Shown one piece after another: positions 47,695 through 57,385 of a stretch of DNA of 64,000 nt; the first letter of the stretch is position 1; each line of letters starts with the position of its first letter. Under the pieces are notes generated by a model. It saw only the letters and a list, made by a program, of their open reading frames with translations, searched no databases and was not told the DNA's origin. Made by a program: the position numbers and the translations under genes. The stretch lies in IMG/VR virus record IMGVR_UViG_3300050144_000106. One strand, given 5' to 3'. This stretch comes from a virus.

Positions 47695-48586
47695 ACAACA
47701 ACCGCTTGGCGGCGGCTTTGACGGTTTGAATGAGCGCTCTTTGCTCGCCTTCCTCTTGCTCGCTCATGGGCACACCCAGGGGTGCAAAACCTGCCAACTC
47801 GATGGTTGCAGACATGCGCAAAGCCTCCTCAAACGATGCGGCGCCGCCGCTGATTGAAGAGCGCGTCGGGCGGGTAAACGAGTGAGAGGCGTCTAGCGCT
47901 GTGCGCAGTTGCTGGGCATCCGGCCGCTTGGCCAACATCGCTACCAGCAGGTCTCGATCCGCCAGCGCCTGTTCCAGCGCCTGGTTTGCACTCACCAGTT
48001 GCTGGGCCACCTGGGATTGCAAGTTGCCGTAAGCTGAATCCATCGCGGCAATCAGGCTTTGATGCTCCCTGACCACAGCATCAAGCGCATCGCGCCCCGC
48101 CTCGCGCGTCACCCCATCCAGGGCATACCCGCGATTGCTGCTGAAGTTAGGCTCGTTGACGAAATCCAGGCCGTGGAAGTCCAGTGGGAAATCTATATCT
48201 TCCCGCTCAGCCAAGCTAACGGCTGTGGAGAACCCGCCCACCTTGGCCGACCACATCCGTTCCGCGCTGCGGCCGGTAGGCGTGTCCAGGAACTCTGCCT
48301 GGTGCCGCACCGTGCCGTCTGGATCTGCCTCCAGCCGCACCGTGACTAGGGCTGGCTCCAAAGCCACCACCTTGCCCTGATGGATCACCGATTCGGGCGG
48401 CTCCATCCCGTAGCGCTCACGCACCCAATGCCCCAAGTAGCCCGGCATGTCGCGCCGCTTGACGCGCTCCTGCACCGCCGGGCTGTTGATGAGGCGGGCC
48501 ATCGCGCCCGTTTCAAAGTTGCGCTCTTGCCCGCGCCATTTGCGGTGCCGCTCACGCACGTTGAAAATAATGATGTCAGTTTTCAT
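47684..48586 (-). CDS. Prohead protease / scaffold-like protein (300 aa)
   Basis: Start set to ATG 48586 (TAATG overlap with the tail-fibre stop). PGYLGHW...KVGGFSTAV suggests a His/Ser protease core, followed by a C-terminal coiled coil. Tentative. Confidence 0.45.
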   Translation of the reverse strand: MKTDIIIFNVRERHRKWRGQERNFETGAMARLINSPAVQERVKRRDMPGYLGHWVRERYGMEPPESVIHQGKVVALEPALVTVRLEADPDGTVRHQAEFLDTPTGRSAERMWSAKVGGFSTAVSLAEREDIDFPLDFHGLDFVNEPNFSSNRGYALDGVTREAGRDALDAVVREHQSLIAAMDSAYGNLQSQVAQQLVSANQALEQALADRDLLVAMLAKRPDAQQLRTALDASHSFTRPTRSSISGGAASFEEALRMSATIELAGFAPLGVPMSEQEEGEQRALIQTVKAAAKRLLYGR

Positions 48587-50190
48587 TACTTGGCCCACAT
48601 GCACAGTAAAAAAGCAACGCTTTTGGGTCTAGCTTCACTCCCGCCGGATTGGTCTGTTGTGTGGGAATGCAAACCCACTTCACTTGTTGAAAATGTGTGC
48701 GTGTGGCTTCCGGCGGCATTAATAGTTATCCCATCGCCCGCTTGCTCAAACTTGCTGGAGTCTCCTGATCCTACTTTCTTACCGCCCCCGTTTTCGTCAT
48801 ACACACCATACGAAACTGTATGCGTATGCTCCCCATCCGAATTTGTGGTGCCAATATGCCAATGATTTCCTTGCTCGTCTGTTGTGTGGTCATGCTCTTT
48901 GTTTTGATCTGCTTTATACGTGCCTACAAGCAAACTTACATCTATTCCAGCCCCTCTATCGGCAAACCTAGGGAATAACCCGCCAAGTCGTGGAACTCGA
49001 AAATTTGTAGATCCATTTCCTGAGCTAAAAAAAGTTTTTTCGCTAATGCCACCCACCGTCCAATTATTGTCAGAGATAACCAAGTCATTGTCTTGTGCAT
49101 GCTGCCAAAGACTTGGATAATCCGCCCTATTCAATAACTGCCCAGCTGGCTCAATTGAATATTCTGGCGCAGTGCTGCCGTAATTTAAAAAACATGACCC
49201 GATTGGGTTTTGCTTTAGCCGCTGCGCATCAAACAACGCTTGAATTGCAGACAAACTGAAGTGGGCATAGTCTTCGACATGCTGCGCCACTGCTCCGCTA
49301 GGCTCCGCTCCGCACTGCGCGGGGGTATGCGCAACCGTTTTGCCTTCGTGCGTGGCCACCGCATCCCCCACCAGTGTGGTGAGGTCAACACTGACGGTTG
49401 AGTCATCGGACATCAACAGCGATAGCGTGTTCGTCGTCGCGTCATACCCGGACAACCCGGCCAAAAACTTATCCCCCGGCAACGCATCAATTTGTGCTGT
49501 GACGTATGCCTGCAATTGCTGAAGCGGCACTGCATGCAGCGGTGAGCCGGCATTGCCCGACAACACAAGCGGGGCCAGCATGGCCAGCGTGCCATCGCGC
49601 TTGAGTGCATCGCCATCCTTCTCGGCGGCAATGTTGGCGCGCGCTTGTGCTTGCTTTGCTGCCGTCAGCCCCTGGCTTGCATCGTGGCGCACGTACTGCT
49701 CATGCGGGTCTGCGTCGCTCAAATGCTCGCGCATGACAGCCGCATCAAACCCAGCCGAGGGGTCTGACGTGATCGTCACACTCCCGTCCGGCACATCATC
49801 AAACTCCAGTGTGAACGAGGGGGCGAAATCAGCTTCAATGGTGCCCCCACGGTACGCGCAAACCCAGTTTGGGCGCGAGTAAACGGCAAAGAGCACACCG
49901 CCGTCGTTGGGGTCTCCGATGTGGAATCCCACTTCTTTCACAACATAAACGGAACTTGAAAAATCACTCGCAAGAAACAGCCCGGTGATAGTTGCCGTGC
50001 CATCGGAATTTTGCGCGCCATCGATTTTGCTGGAGACCTCGCGCAGGTCTTGCAACTCCGTTTCCTGCCCCGTAATAGTGTAGGCGACCGCCCCCAGGCT
50101 CATGTGCGTGATAGTGATCGACTGATTTAAAGCGTAGGCCGCCAATGCAGCAGCTTTACCTGCGGCTGTAATTTTAGGAATCAGGCTCAT
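48586..50190 (-). CDS. Tail fibre protein (534 aa) with C-terminal tail-collar-type domain
   Basis: The N-terminus MSLIPKITAAGKAAL...ITITHMSLG...VKEVGF is typical of P2 gpH-type fibres. The C-terminus YPSLW...GNGSTNFRVPRLGGLFPR is a tail-collar motif. The 3' third is AT-richer. Confidence 0.75.
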   Translation of the reverse strand: MSLIPKITAAGKAAALAAYALNQSITITHMSLGAVAYTITGQETELQDLREVSSKIDGAQNSDGTATITGLFLASDFSSSVYVVKEVGFHIGDPNDGGVLFAVYSRPNWVCAYRGGTIEADFAPSFTLEFDDVPDGSVTITSDPSAGFDAAVMREHLSDADPHEQYVRHDASQGLTAAKQAQARANIAAEKDGDALKRDGTLAMLAPLVLSGNAGSPLHAVPLQQLQAYVTAQIDALPGDKFLAGLSGYDATTNTLSLLMSDDSTVSVDLTTLVGDAVATHEGKTVAHTPAQCGAEPSGAVAQHVEDYAHFSLSAIQALFDAQRLKQNPIGSCFLNYGSTAPEYSIEPAGQLLNRADYPSLWQHAQDNDLVISDNNWTVGGISEKTFFSSGNGSTNFRVPRLGGLFPRFADRGAGIDVSLLVGTYKADQNKEHDHTTDEQGNHWHIGTTNSDGEHTHTVSYGVYDENGGGKKVGSGDSSKFEQAGDGITINAAGSHTHTFSTSEVGLHSHTTDQSGGSEARPKSVAFLLCMWAK

Positions 50191-50192
50191 AT

Positions 50193-50951
50193 TTAATTCA
50201 CGCCAAAGTTATTTGGATATGTTTCATGGATCAACGTGTGCAAGGCATCCGCTTCCGTATCACTCACGGCTGGCACAGCTTTTCTTTTCATCGCCAAATA
50301 AACACCTTTCACGCCCAGGGTTTGCAATGGGTGAAAACCGGCGCACACCCTTAACGGATGCCCGCTAGATTTCTTGTTTTCAAACCGCCGCAAAAGCGCC
50401 ATCAAAATTACTAGCCGGGCCGCTAAAACCGTTCTAAAGCTGCCGCGAAGTTTTAGCAATTCGGCCCCGGTAGGGTCATCAACTTCCACGGCCACCATCA
50501 CCCGAGAAGTCAGGAAGTACCCGTCTCGCTGCATGCGAGAGACCGCCTCCGGGTATGGCTGGTCGGGCGCGCACCACAACTGATGCGCCTCCCACTTGCC
50601 CGGCCACAACAGCTGGAGGTACTGCACCAGAAAGTGCAGCCCTCGCCGTGGGTTGCGCGCTTTCCACGCCCGGTAGAGCTGGCGGATGTGCGCCTCCTCG
50701 GCATCGGGGCGCTCCATTGCCAGCCCGTCGGCGGTGACCGCCTGGCGCACAACGGCTAGGCTGGCGCGGTGCGCAACGGCTTGGGTTTCGATGGCCGTAA
50801 TGCGTGGCCGCAGCAATGCCTCGAACACCTGCATGAAGATGGCTTGCGCAGCCTCCTCTAGCTCGTTGTTCGTGTAGCTGTTGGCCAGCGGCCCCAAGCT
50901 GGCGGGGATGTGCGGCGCGGGCGTCAGCGGGTTTGATGCGGGCGTGCTCAT
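50193..50951 (-). CDS. Baseplate wedge / fibre-attachment protein (P2 gpI / Mu gp48-like position, 252 aa)
   Basis: Start at ATG 50951 (ATGA overlap with the J-like gene). Assigned mainly by synteny J-I-H. Confidence 0.45.
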   Translation of the reverse strand: MSTPASNPLTPAPHIPASLGPLANSYTNNELEEAAQAIFMQVFEALLRPRITAIETQAVAHRASLAVVRQAVTADGLAMERPDAEEAHIRQLYRAWKARNPRRGLHFLVQYLQLLWPGKWEAHQLWCAPDQPYPEAVSRMQRDGYFLTSRVMVAVEVDDPTGAELLKLRGSFRTVLAARLVILMALLRRFENKKSSGHPLRVCAGFHPLQTLGVKGVYLAMKRKAVPAVSDTEADALHTLIHETYPNNFGVN

Positions 50952-52396
50952 TGCGTCCACATTCCTTGGCTGTCGCTGACGCGCTCCACCGTTACGGTGA
51001 TGCTGGCGGAGCTGACGTAAGTCCAGTCTTCGGGCAGCGCTTGCCCGTAAGTGCCAACGGTGAGCGCGAAGTCGCTTACCCCGTCTTGCAATGCTGCGAT
51101 GTTGTCCGCCAGCAGGCTGTGCGCGTCGCGGTTGCGCCACGACCTGGCTAGCCCGCGCGAGGCCGCCGCCGTGCCTCGCCCGTAGTTGCTCAGCAGCAGC
51201 GCCCGGATTTGCGCTTCCACATCCGCCGGGTCATAAACAGCGGGCACGCTGGCCGCCACCGTCACGGGGATTTCGCATTCCCTCGCGGTGACGTGGCCAA
51301 CAACGTAGCTGTCATCGGCGCGCTTAACCGCTGCTTCTACCGTGGCCATCGTAGCGGCCGAGGTTTGCCCTTGCACCACGGCCGCCACGAACAGCTTGTT
51401 GATATTGCTGGTGCTGGCACCACGCACACCCTCTTCCACTTGTTCGTTCCAGGTGGCCAGGAACAGCAAGTTGCCACCCAGCTTAGCGCGCAGGTAGTAG
51501 TCCCACTGGTTGCGGTAGACTGGGTTTTCGTCGTGCAGGCCTGGATACTTGGCCATTACACGCAGCTGGTCAATAGTTGGCGCGGCTGCGCCGGTGTCAT
51601 CAACAGCGGCTAGGGCGAAGCTCAAACCTTGCTCTGCTGACGACCCCAAATAGTCGAGCGCAAACGGCGCAGCATCATCCAAGTCTGAAATAGCCCCTTG
51701 GCACTCCGTCACGGTGACGGTGATTGCGTCACCCGCAGCCGGCTGCTGCCCCGTCACGTCTAGCGCACCAAAACGCACCCACACCCGGCGGTATTCATCG
51801 GTTTCAACCGTGAACACCTTTTTGCCTTGCGTCACGTTGAAAAAGTCGGGCGTGTAGGTGTAGGCATCGCTGGCATCGGCCACCGACACCCCCACCAGGT
51901 AGGCATCGTCAGCCCCAGCGGGCACCAACATTTCAGCAAACGGCGCACTGCTGGTGAAGGTGTACGTCACGGTGCGCTTGCTGAGCTGGCGCACGCTGAT
52001 CGTTGCGGCGCCCGGCGTGCCGCTGGCTGCCGCCGGCACCGTAACCCCGCCCTCAATCACATACGGCCGCCCCTTGGGGTCGCTCAAGCCCCGGCCAGTA
52101 GCCAACACGCAAGCCGCCGCTCCTTCGTTGGCAACATCGATCGTCAGCCGGGAAGGCTTGCCCAGCGGCAAAACACCCCGCAAGGCAGCATCGGCCAACA
52201 CCGTGCCATCACGCGCCTTGGTGACCCACTCTGTAGAAGCGATGTCCACTTGGGCCGAGACCATTGCCAGCATCGTGGCCATCGCGTTGAGCTGAGCTTC
52301 AAAACGTGGATCCTTGGCCGCAAGCGCTGCCTTAGCCGCCGGGTAGTCGGCCGCCGCGTCTTTGATTGCTTGGATGAAGTCAGCTTTGAGATACAA
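50948..52396 (-). CDS. Baseplate J-like protein (482 aa)
   Basis: Assigned from size, the N-terminal MYLKADFIQAIKD...DPRFEAQLNAMATMLAM, and synteny between the W-like and I-like/fibre genes. Confidence 0.6.
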   Translation of the reverse strand: MYLKADFIQAIKDAAADYPAAKAALAAKDPRFEAQLNAMATMLAMVSAQVDIASTEWVTKARDGTVLADAALRGVLPLGKPSRLTIDVANEGAAACVLATGRGLSDPKGRPYVIEGGVTVPAAASGTPGAATISVRQLSKRTVTYTFTSSAPFAEMLVPAGADDAYLVGVSVADASDAYTYTPDFFNVTQGKKVFTVETDEYRRVWVRFGALDVTGQQPAAGDAITVTVTECQGAISDLDDAAPFALDYLGSSAEQGLSFALAAVDDTGAAAPTIDQLRVMAKYPGLHDENPVYRNQWDYYLRAKLGGNLLFLATWNEQVEEGVRGASTSNINKLFVAAVVQGQTSAATMATVEAAVKRADDSYVVGHVTARECEIPVTVAASVPAVYDPADVEAQIRALLLSNYGRGTAAASRGLARSWRNRDAHSLLADNIAALQDGVSDFALTVGTYGQALPEDWTYVSSASITVTVERVSDSQGMWTQ

Positions 52397-52724
52397 CTGT
52401 CGTTCCCCCCGCGTCGATGTACGCCTGCACGCTGGCGGAGTTCGTTTCGACGCTCAACAACAGCCGGTCAGGCCCTTTGCTTTGGGCCAGGATGGCCACC
52501 GCTGAAGCAGGCATCAACCCCACCAGGGGAACATCTGCGCGCAACTTGCGCTCCATGTCCTGCCCTGCCCCTGACGCTAAGGGCGACATCAGCAAGCGGC
52601 GATCATCAAAGCCGTAAGAGCTACCCAGATAGCCCCATGTGGGGGTGCCAAGCCAATGGCCTATTTGCGCCGCCACAGATTGCGGCGACGCGGGCGAATC
52701 GGTCGTAAGGGTTGCTGCTGCCAT
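52380..52724 (-). CDS. Baseplate wedge protein, gpW/gp25-like (114 aa)
   Basis: Start set to ATG 52724. IGHWLGTPTWGYLGSSYGFD is loosely gp25-like. A GCCCAAACATTTGGGC hairpin abuts the start and there is no clear SD. Confidence 0.4.
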   Translation of the reverse strand: MAAATLTTDSPASPQSVAAQIGHWLGTPTWGYLGSSYGFDDRRLLMSPLASGAGQDMERKLRADVPLVGLMPASAVAILAQSKGPDRLLLSVETNSASVQAYIDAGGTTVVSQS

Positions 52725-52800
52725 GCCCAAATGTTTGGGCCTGCAAAGGCGCCATCGGCGCACGATTACCGCCGCCGGATCGCGCGCCTTAATCTGCGCC

Positions 52801-54387
52801 TTAATCTGCGCCTTGGACGATGGCGCGCAGCTCATCCAGCAAAGCGTTGCTGCCTGCGTCCGCCAGCTCACTCCCTAGCAAAGAGGTGCGCATTTGCTGG
52901 CGCGGGACATACGTGACCGCTTCGAGGAATGCAAACGTCATAGAGTCGATCATGTCGGGACTCTTAATCCCATCCGCCGCCATTTGCTCTTTGCTCGCCA
53001 TTTTGTGCTTAAGGCCCCCGTGCTCGACAAAGTAATAAGGCAGGTTGCTCCCCTGCTTTATGAGTTTGTTGCGCTCAAGCTGGTTGAGTGGGGCCGTAAC
53101 ACTTACCCGGCCTTGCCTGCACGCATTGCGAAAACGCACATTGGCGCACGCACGTTGGTTGAAATATTGCCTGCGGTAGTCCGACCTAAAACACGGCTCA
53201 CCCCAGTTGATGCGCGTCACCGGTTTGCCCGCACGCTCGATGTGAGTGCAGGTGGCATGCCCCACCCCGCCCGCGTCAACATAGGCCAGTATGTCGCTGG
53301 CGCCATCCAAGATTTGGATGATCTCCCCTGCCAGATCGATCTCGTTTTTGGTGTTACTGCACAGGGGCAACTTCATGAACTCCACGCGGCGCGCATCCGG
53401 CTCAAAGTCCGCACTGCCTATCACTTTCGCCAGCCAAATAACGCTGTCGTCGCGGTACTCGCCCGCACCCACATCACCCAGCAAAATCACACCGTATGGC
53501 TCATCATCCCCAATGATTGGCCCGCGCTCAAACAGGCTTTGCACTTCGTCGCGCGTCAGCAGCAAATTACTGGTGTCCTGCGCAAACAAACCCAAAACGC
53601 CAATTTGATATTCAATGGACTGCCGCCCACCGCATTCAAACTCTCGTGTTTTGAGCCATTCGTCGGTGACAAAAGGCGACTCCTCAGAGTTGAATCTAAG
53701 AGATTCCCATGTGCCCCCAGATTCGATGCTCAGCTCATGATGGCTGTCGTAAAACCGCCCAATGCACGATACCCCTTGAGAGGCCATCACCGTGCGGTTG
53801 CCGCCCTGGGTTTGGGTGCGCGCAATCACATCATGGTGCTCGTCCGGCACGCCGGCCGCTTCGTCAATGATGATGAGCTGCCAAAAACGGTGCTTGCCCG
53901 CAATCCCCACAGCCTGCCCGGCTTGCATGGCAACCTGCGCAATAAACCACTGGTCAGAATACCCATTCACCAACACCCGAGTTTTGGTGATCTTGTAGTA
54001 ATAGTTGATCCATGCGTGCGGCCCTTGAGCAATGGCCATGCGCCGGTCGGACATCTCTTTCCAAATCCCGTCGGCCACCTGCTGGATACGCGGCGCCCCG
54101 ATGTAAGTGTTGGAGCCAGTTTCATCCTTGCCATCGTATTCAGCCAAGGGATGGCACAAGAGGTGCCACAGCGCGAGCACAGCGAACGACGCGGTCTTGC
54201 CTGTACCTGTGCCAGATACAACGGAAACCTTGGCCGTCTGCGGCTCCATGCTGTCAAACAGCGCAGCTTGATCGTCAGACGGCACCATGCCGCACACTTC
54301 AATGGCAAACCGCAGCGGGTCAGGCTGATAGCGGGCCACAAAATGCAAATACCGCAGGTCTAGCAGCAGGTCACGGCTCCTCCTCAT
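52801..54387 (-). CDS. terL: Terminase large subunit (528 aa)
   Basis: Walker A VVSGTGTGKTAS, Walker B-like LIIIDEAAGV, and a C-terminal nuclease-type region. ATGA overlap with terS. Confidence 0.85.
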   Translation of the reverse strand: MRRSRDLLLDLRYLHFVARYQPDPLRFAIEVCGMVPSDDQAALFDSMEPQTAKVSVVSGTGTGKTASFAVLALWHLLCHPLAEYDGKDETGSNTYIGAPRIQQVADGIWKEMSDRRMAIAQGPHAWINYYYKITKTRVLVNGYSDQWFIAQVAMQAGQAVGIAGKHRFWQLIIIDEAAGVPDEHHDVIARTQTQGGNRTVMASQGVSCIGRFYDSHHELSIESGGTWESLRFNSEESPFVTDEWLKTREFECGGRQSIEYQIGVLGLFAQDTSNLLLTRDEVQSLFERGPIIGDDEPYGVILLGDVGAGEYRDDSVIWLAKVIGSADFEPDARRVEFMKLPLCSNTKNEIDLAGEIIQILDGASDILAYVDAGGVGHATCTHIERAGKPVTRINWGEPCFRSDYRRQYFNQRACANVRFRNACRQGRVSVTAPLNQLERNKLIKQGSNLPYYFVEHGGLKHKMASKEQMAADGIKSPDMIDSMTFAFLEAVTYVPRQQMRTSLLGSELADAGSNALLDELRAIVQGAD

Positions 54388-55313
54388 CCGCCGCGCTCCT
54401 TGCGTCTAGCTCTGACAGCCTCCCGGCGCTGAGCCATCAGCTCTTGCACGTCACCAAACAGCCGATCCAACATCTCGGGCACCACCTCCTTGTCATTGGA
54501 TGCCGCCTGCTGATCATTGAACGCCCCAATGATGCGCCCGTAGTTCACCCAGGCGGCGTCTTGATCCGCCAGCTTCACCTCGATCCCGTCCTTACCCTGC
54601 TTCACGCCCCGGAACAGCCGCCTATGCACGCCACTGAGGGCGCGGCTGTCGGCAATGAACACATCTAGCACGCCATCTCCACGGCATTCCGCGCACTCCG
54701 GGTTTGGCGGTTTGCGTGTGTCGTACCAGTTGCCGGGCTTGAAGGCGAATTCGGGGAAGGTCTTGCCGGCCACTTCGGCCACCAAACGGTTTTGGTCATA
54801 TGCAGCTTTGCGGCTGGCGTATTCACTCGGCTTGAGCTGGGGCAGCAATGGGTCACCGGAATGGCAGTAGCGGCAGCACAAACGCCGCGCTTGGCTGACG
54901 GCTTGCGCATCAGCTTGGGCTACCTCCAGCGTCAGCCGGGCGTACTCCTCCACCTCCATCCCGACGCTCTTTGCCAGCGCCTTTTCGTGGGCCTCGATTA
55001 CCGCAGCAACGTTAGCATTTGTTAGCAGTCTGACTGCCGTAACCCTGGCACCTTTAGCGCCATATCCAGCCCGGATTGCTGCCTGCGTGCCGTTCCTGTC
55101 TTTAAGGTACTCCAGCACAAACAGCCGCATCCGTGCGTTCTGCGGCCCCCTCAGCTCGGCATCCCAATCCGGCCCCAGGCACTTCAAATGGTCATCAGCC
55201 GTCTTGTCCAAATCCGTGGCCCCAGGCTTGGCCTGTTTGGCTCGTTTGGCCGGCTTGGCCTGACGGCGGCCTCCTTGCCCCGCAGCCGCTTTCTTTGCCC
55301 TCTCAGCCATCAC
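54384..55313 (-). CDS. terS: Terminase small subunit (P27/Terminase_2-like, 309 aa)
   Basis: RLFVLEYLKDRNGTQAAIRAGYGAKGARVTAVRLLTNANV is the classical small-terminase HTH signature. Confidence 0.8.
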   Translation of the reverse strand: MMAERAKKAAAGQGGRRQAKPAKRAKQAKPGATDLDKTADDHLKCLGPDWDAELRGPQNARMRLFVLEYLKDRNGTQAAIRAGYGAKGARVTAVRLLTNANVAAVIEAHEKALAKSVGMEVEEYARLTLEVAQADAQAVSQARRLCCRYCHSGDPLLPQLKPSEYASRKAAYDQNRLVAEVAGKTFPEFAFKPGNWYDTRKPPNPECAECRGDGVLDVFIADSRALSGVHRRLFRGVKQGKDGIEVKLADQDAAWVNYGRIIGAFNDQQAASNDKEVVPEMLDRLFGDVQELMAQRREAVRARRKERGG

Positions 55314-56011
55314 GTACCCCGCATCCGCCCACCAGTGACGCCCGTCATCAAAAAGCTTTCACCCTCTTTTAGCGCGCCAAACAGATCGCCTGAGACCTGC
55401 TGCATCCTGTGCATCTCAGCCCGGTGCGCTCGGGCATGCCGGCTAATCGCGTCTTGCGCCCGGTCTGCCGCTGTTTGCAGCTTCAGCACAACCGAGCCTA
55501 AGCCTCGCACATCTTGATCCAAAGCCGGGTAGGCTTGCCGCACCCGCGTCATCGCCGCATCAATCTCCAGCACCAACTCACTCAAGCGCAGGGTTTCACC
55601 TGTGTCCACGCTCATCTTGCGCACCGCATCAATGTTGCGCTCCGCCATCGCGCGCGCAAGCATGACAAATCGCCCGGTGACGAAGTCGGTCAGCCGACGC
55701 TGTGCGCTGGCCACGGGGTCGCTGTCCGGGTCATCCGTCAACCCCAGCAAGTAATCCATCGTGGTGCCGTAAAGCCTAGCCAATGGGATGAGCTTGTTGT
55801 TATCCAGCATGCGCTTTCCCGCTTCAGCCTCATTTAGTTGTGTAGCCGCCTTGTAGCCAATTTGTTGTGCTGCTTCAATTTGCTGCATGCCAGCATATAA
55901 GCGCGCCTGCTTCAGCCGCTCGCCTACCATCTTGAGGTGTTTGGAGCGATCAAACGGAACAATCCTGCGCCGCTGATCCTGTCCGGGAAAGCTCATGTTT
56001 GATGTTTCCAT
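55310..56011 (-). CDS. XRE-family HTH protein with long helical C-domain (233 aa)
   Basis: LKQARLYAGMQQIEAAQQIGYKAATQLNEAEAGKR...LIPLARLYGTTMDYLLG. Its stop overlaps the terS start (GTGA). The start is uncertain (56011 or 55996). Confidence 0.65.
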   Translation of the reverse strand: METSNMSFPGQDQRRRIVPFDRSKHLKMVGERLKQARLYAGMQQIEAAQQIGYKAATQLNEAEAGKRMLDNNKLIPLARLYGTTMDYLLGLTDDPDSDPVASAQRRLTDFVTGRFVMLARAMAERNIDAVRKMSVDTGETLRLSELVLEIDAAMTRVRQAYPALDQDVRGLGSVVLKLQTAADRAQDAISRHARAHRAEMHRMQQVSGDLFGALKEGESFLMTGVTGGRMRGT

Positions 56012-56152
56012 TGCGCCGCGACCCAATCGATTATTAAGGCTGCTCCGATGCAACAGCTTATTGCGCCATCTACACTTATGCGTGTACAATTTAATCGCCC
56101 GAATTGTGCCATGTATTTGGGTGCTTGGAAAACTTTTTAAACTATATCTGCA

Positions 56153-57385
56153 ATGCCAAAAAATATATTACTTGCATGGGAGTTCGGGCGCAACCTTGGG
56201 CATATAACGCGATTGACCGAGCTTGCCAAGGTTTGCGATGGCTTGGGCTTTAGCGCCGCATGGGCATTACCCGCTCAGTATGCCTGTACGCTTACCCCTG
56301 GTGCATTATCCGCAATGAACCCGAGCTGTGTTGTGTCGCCAAAGGTGGTGGCACAAGCCCTCAAAGCGCAAACAGCCATTCATTCTTTCGCAGATATTTT
56401 GGCGGCGCTAGGATATAACGATCCATTCGCGCTACAAGAAGCAGTAATCCAATGGGTGAAAATATTCGATCGCTTTAAGGTTGAGCGCGTCATTTTGGAT
56501 TACGCGCCCACAGCGCAATTAGCCGCAGCCTTGGTTAATTTGCCCGCAACGCAAATCACCAACGGTTTTGACAGCCCGCCAGCGGATTGCCCGCTTTTTG
56601 ACGCGGCCATGAGCTGTCAGGCGCTTACAGAGTCAAACAAACAAACAGTGCGCGCGATCAACGCAAGTTTTTTGCAAGTAGGCAAGCGCCTAAACTTCAA
56701 CTCCCGCCCGACACTGCATGATGTTTTACGCCACCCAACACGGGTATTTGATTGCATTCCCGAGTTAGACCCTTATGGCCTGCGTGAAGAGAATGCTCAC
56801 TATGTCGGGCCTATTCTAAAAACAAATGTTAGCGGCGGCCCTGCAGCGGATTTACCCCGCACTTCATGGCATTGGCCAGGGTCAGCCGGCGCATTCAACA
56901 TCTTCGTTTACGTGCGGGATGAATCTTTGTGCGGCGACCTCATTGAAGCCATCCAAGGGGAAGCCAACGTCATTTGCTTTGCTCCAACAGCTACGCCAGA
57001 AACCATTCGCGCACTCAGCCGCCGCAATGTGTGCATCTCTACGCGGGCAGCGCATCTTCCCCAAGTGCTGCCCGCTTGCGATTTGGTCATCACCTACGGA
57101 GCGGCCAACACGTCTGCGCAGGCGCTATTGGCGGGAGTCCCCCTGCTTGTGCTGCCACAGGATGGTGAAAAGCAGCTCATAGCCAACTGCGTTGCACAAG
57201 TGGGGGCCGGCTTGTCGCTACCCATGCACAGCAGCAAAGTGCAGTTGCAGCAGGCAATCAATTTGCTGTTGAGTGCCCCAGCGTTCAAGCTAAAGGCTCA
57301 GGCCATCAAAAGCAAATATGCGCACCTGGCGCTGCCCCCACACCAAGCCGCCGCGCGCTTAGCCGGCTTTCTAGGAGGAGGCTGA
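56153..57385 (+). CDS. GT1/MGT-type glycosyltransferase (410 aa), moron
   Basis: The C-terminal nucleotide-sugar motif reads LVITYGAANTSAQALLAGVPLLVLPQDGEKQLIANCVAQVGAGLSL. It is on the opposite strand to its neighbours and is AT-richer. Confidence 0.7.
   Translation: MPKNILLAWEFGRNLGHITRLTELAKVCDGLGFSAAWALPAQYACTLTPGALSAMNPSCVVSPKVVAQALKAQTAIHSFADILAALGYNDPFALQEAVIQWVKIFDRFKVERVILDYAPTAQLAAALVNLPATQITNGFDSPPADCPLFDAAMSCQALTESNKQTVRAINASFLQVGKRLNFNSRPTLHDVLRHPTRVFDCIPELDPYGLREENAHYVGPILKTNVSGGPAADLPRTSWHWPGSAGAFNIFVYVRDESLCGDLIEAIQGEANVICFAPTATPETIRALSRRNVCISTRAAHLPQVLPACDLVITYGAANTSAQALLAGVPLLVLPQDGEKQLIANCVAQVGAGLSLPMHSSKVQLQQAINLLLSAPAFKLKAQAIKSKYAHLALPPHQAAARLAGFLGGG

Noticed and set aside
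48586-50190. Diversity-generating retroelement or other targeted hypervariation of the tail fibre
   Set aside because: I found no reverse-transcriptase-like ORF in the track and no template/variable repeat pair when reading the sequence by eye.
52775-52812. Duplicated 12-bp unit (CCTTAATCTGCG x2) at the terL 3' end
   Set aside because: There are only two copies, within the coding sequence. I could attach no structural or regulatory feature to it.
52894-54363. 489-aa plus-strand ORF
   Set aside because: It is antisense to terL, which has clear Walker motifs. A typical shadow ORF.
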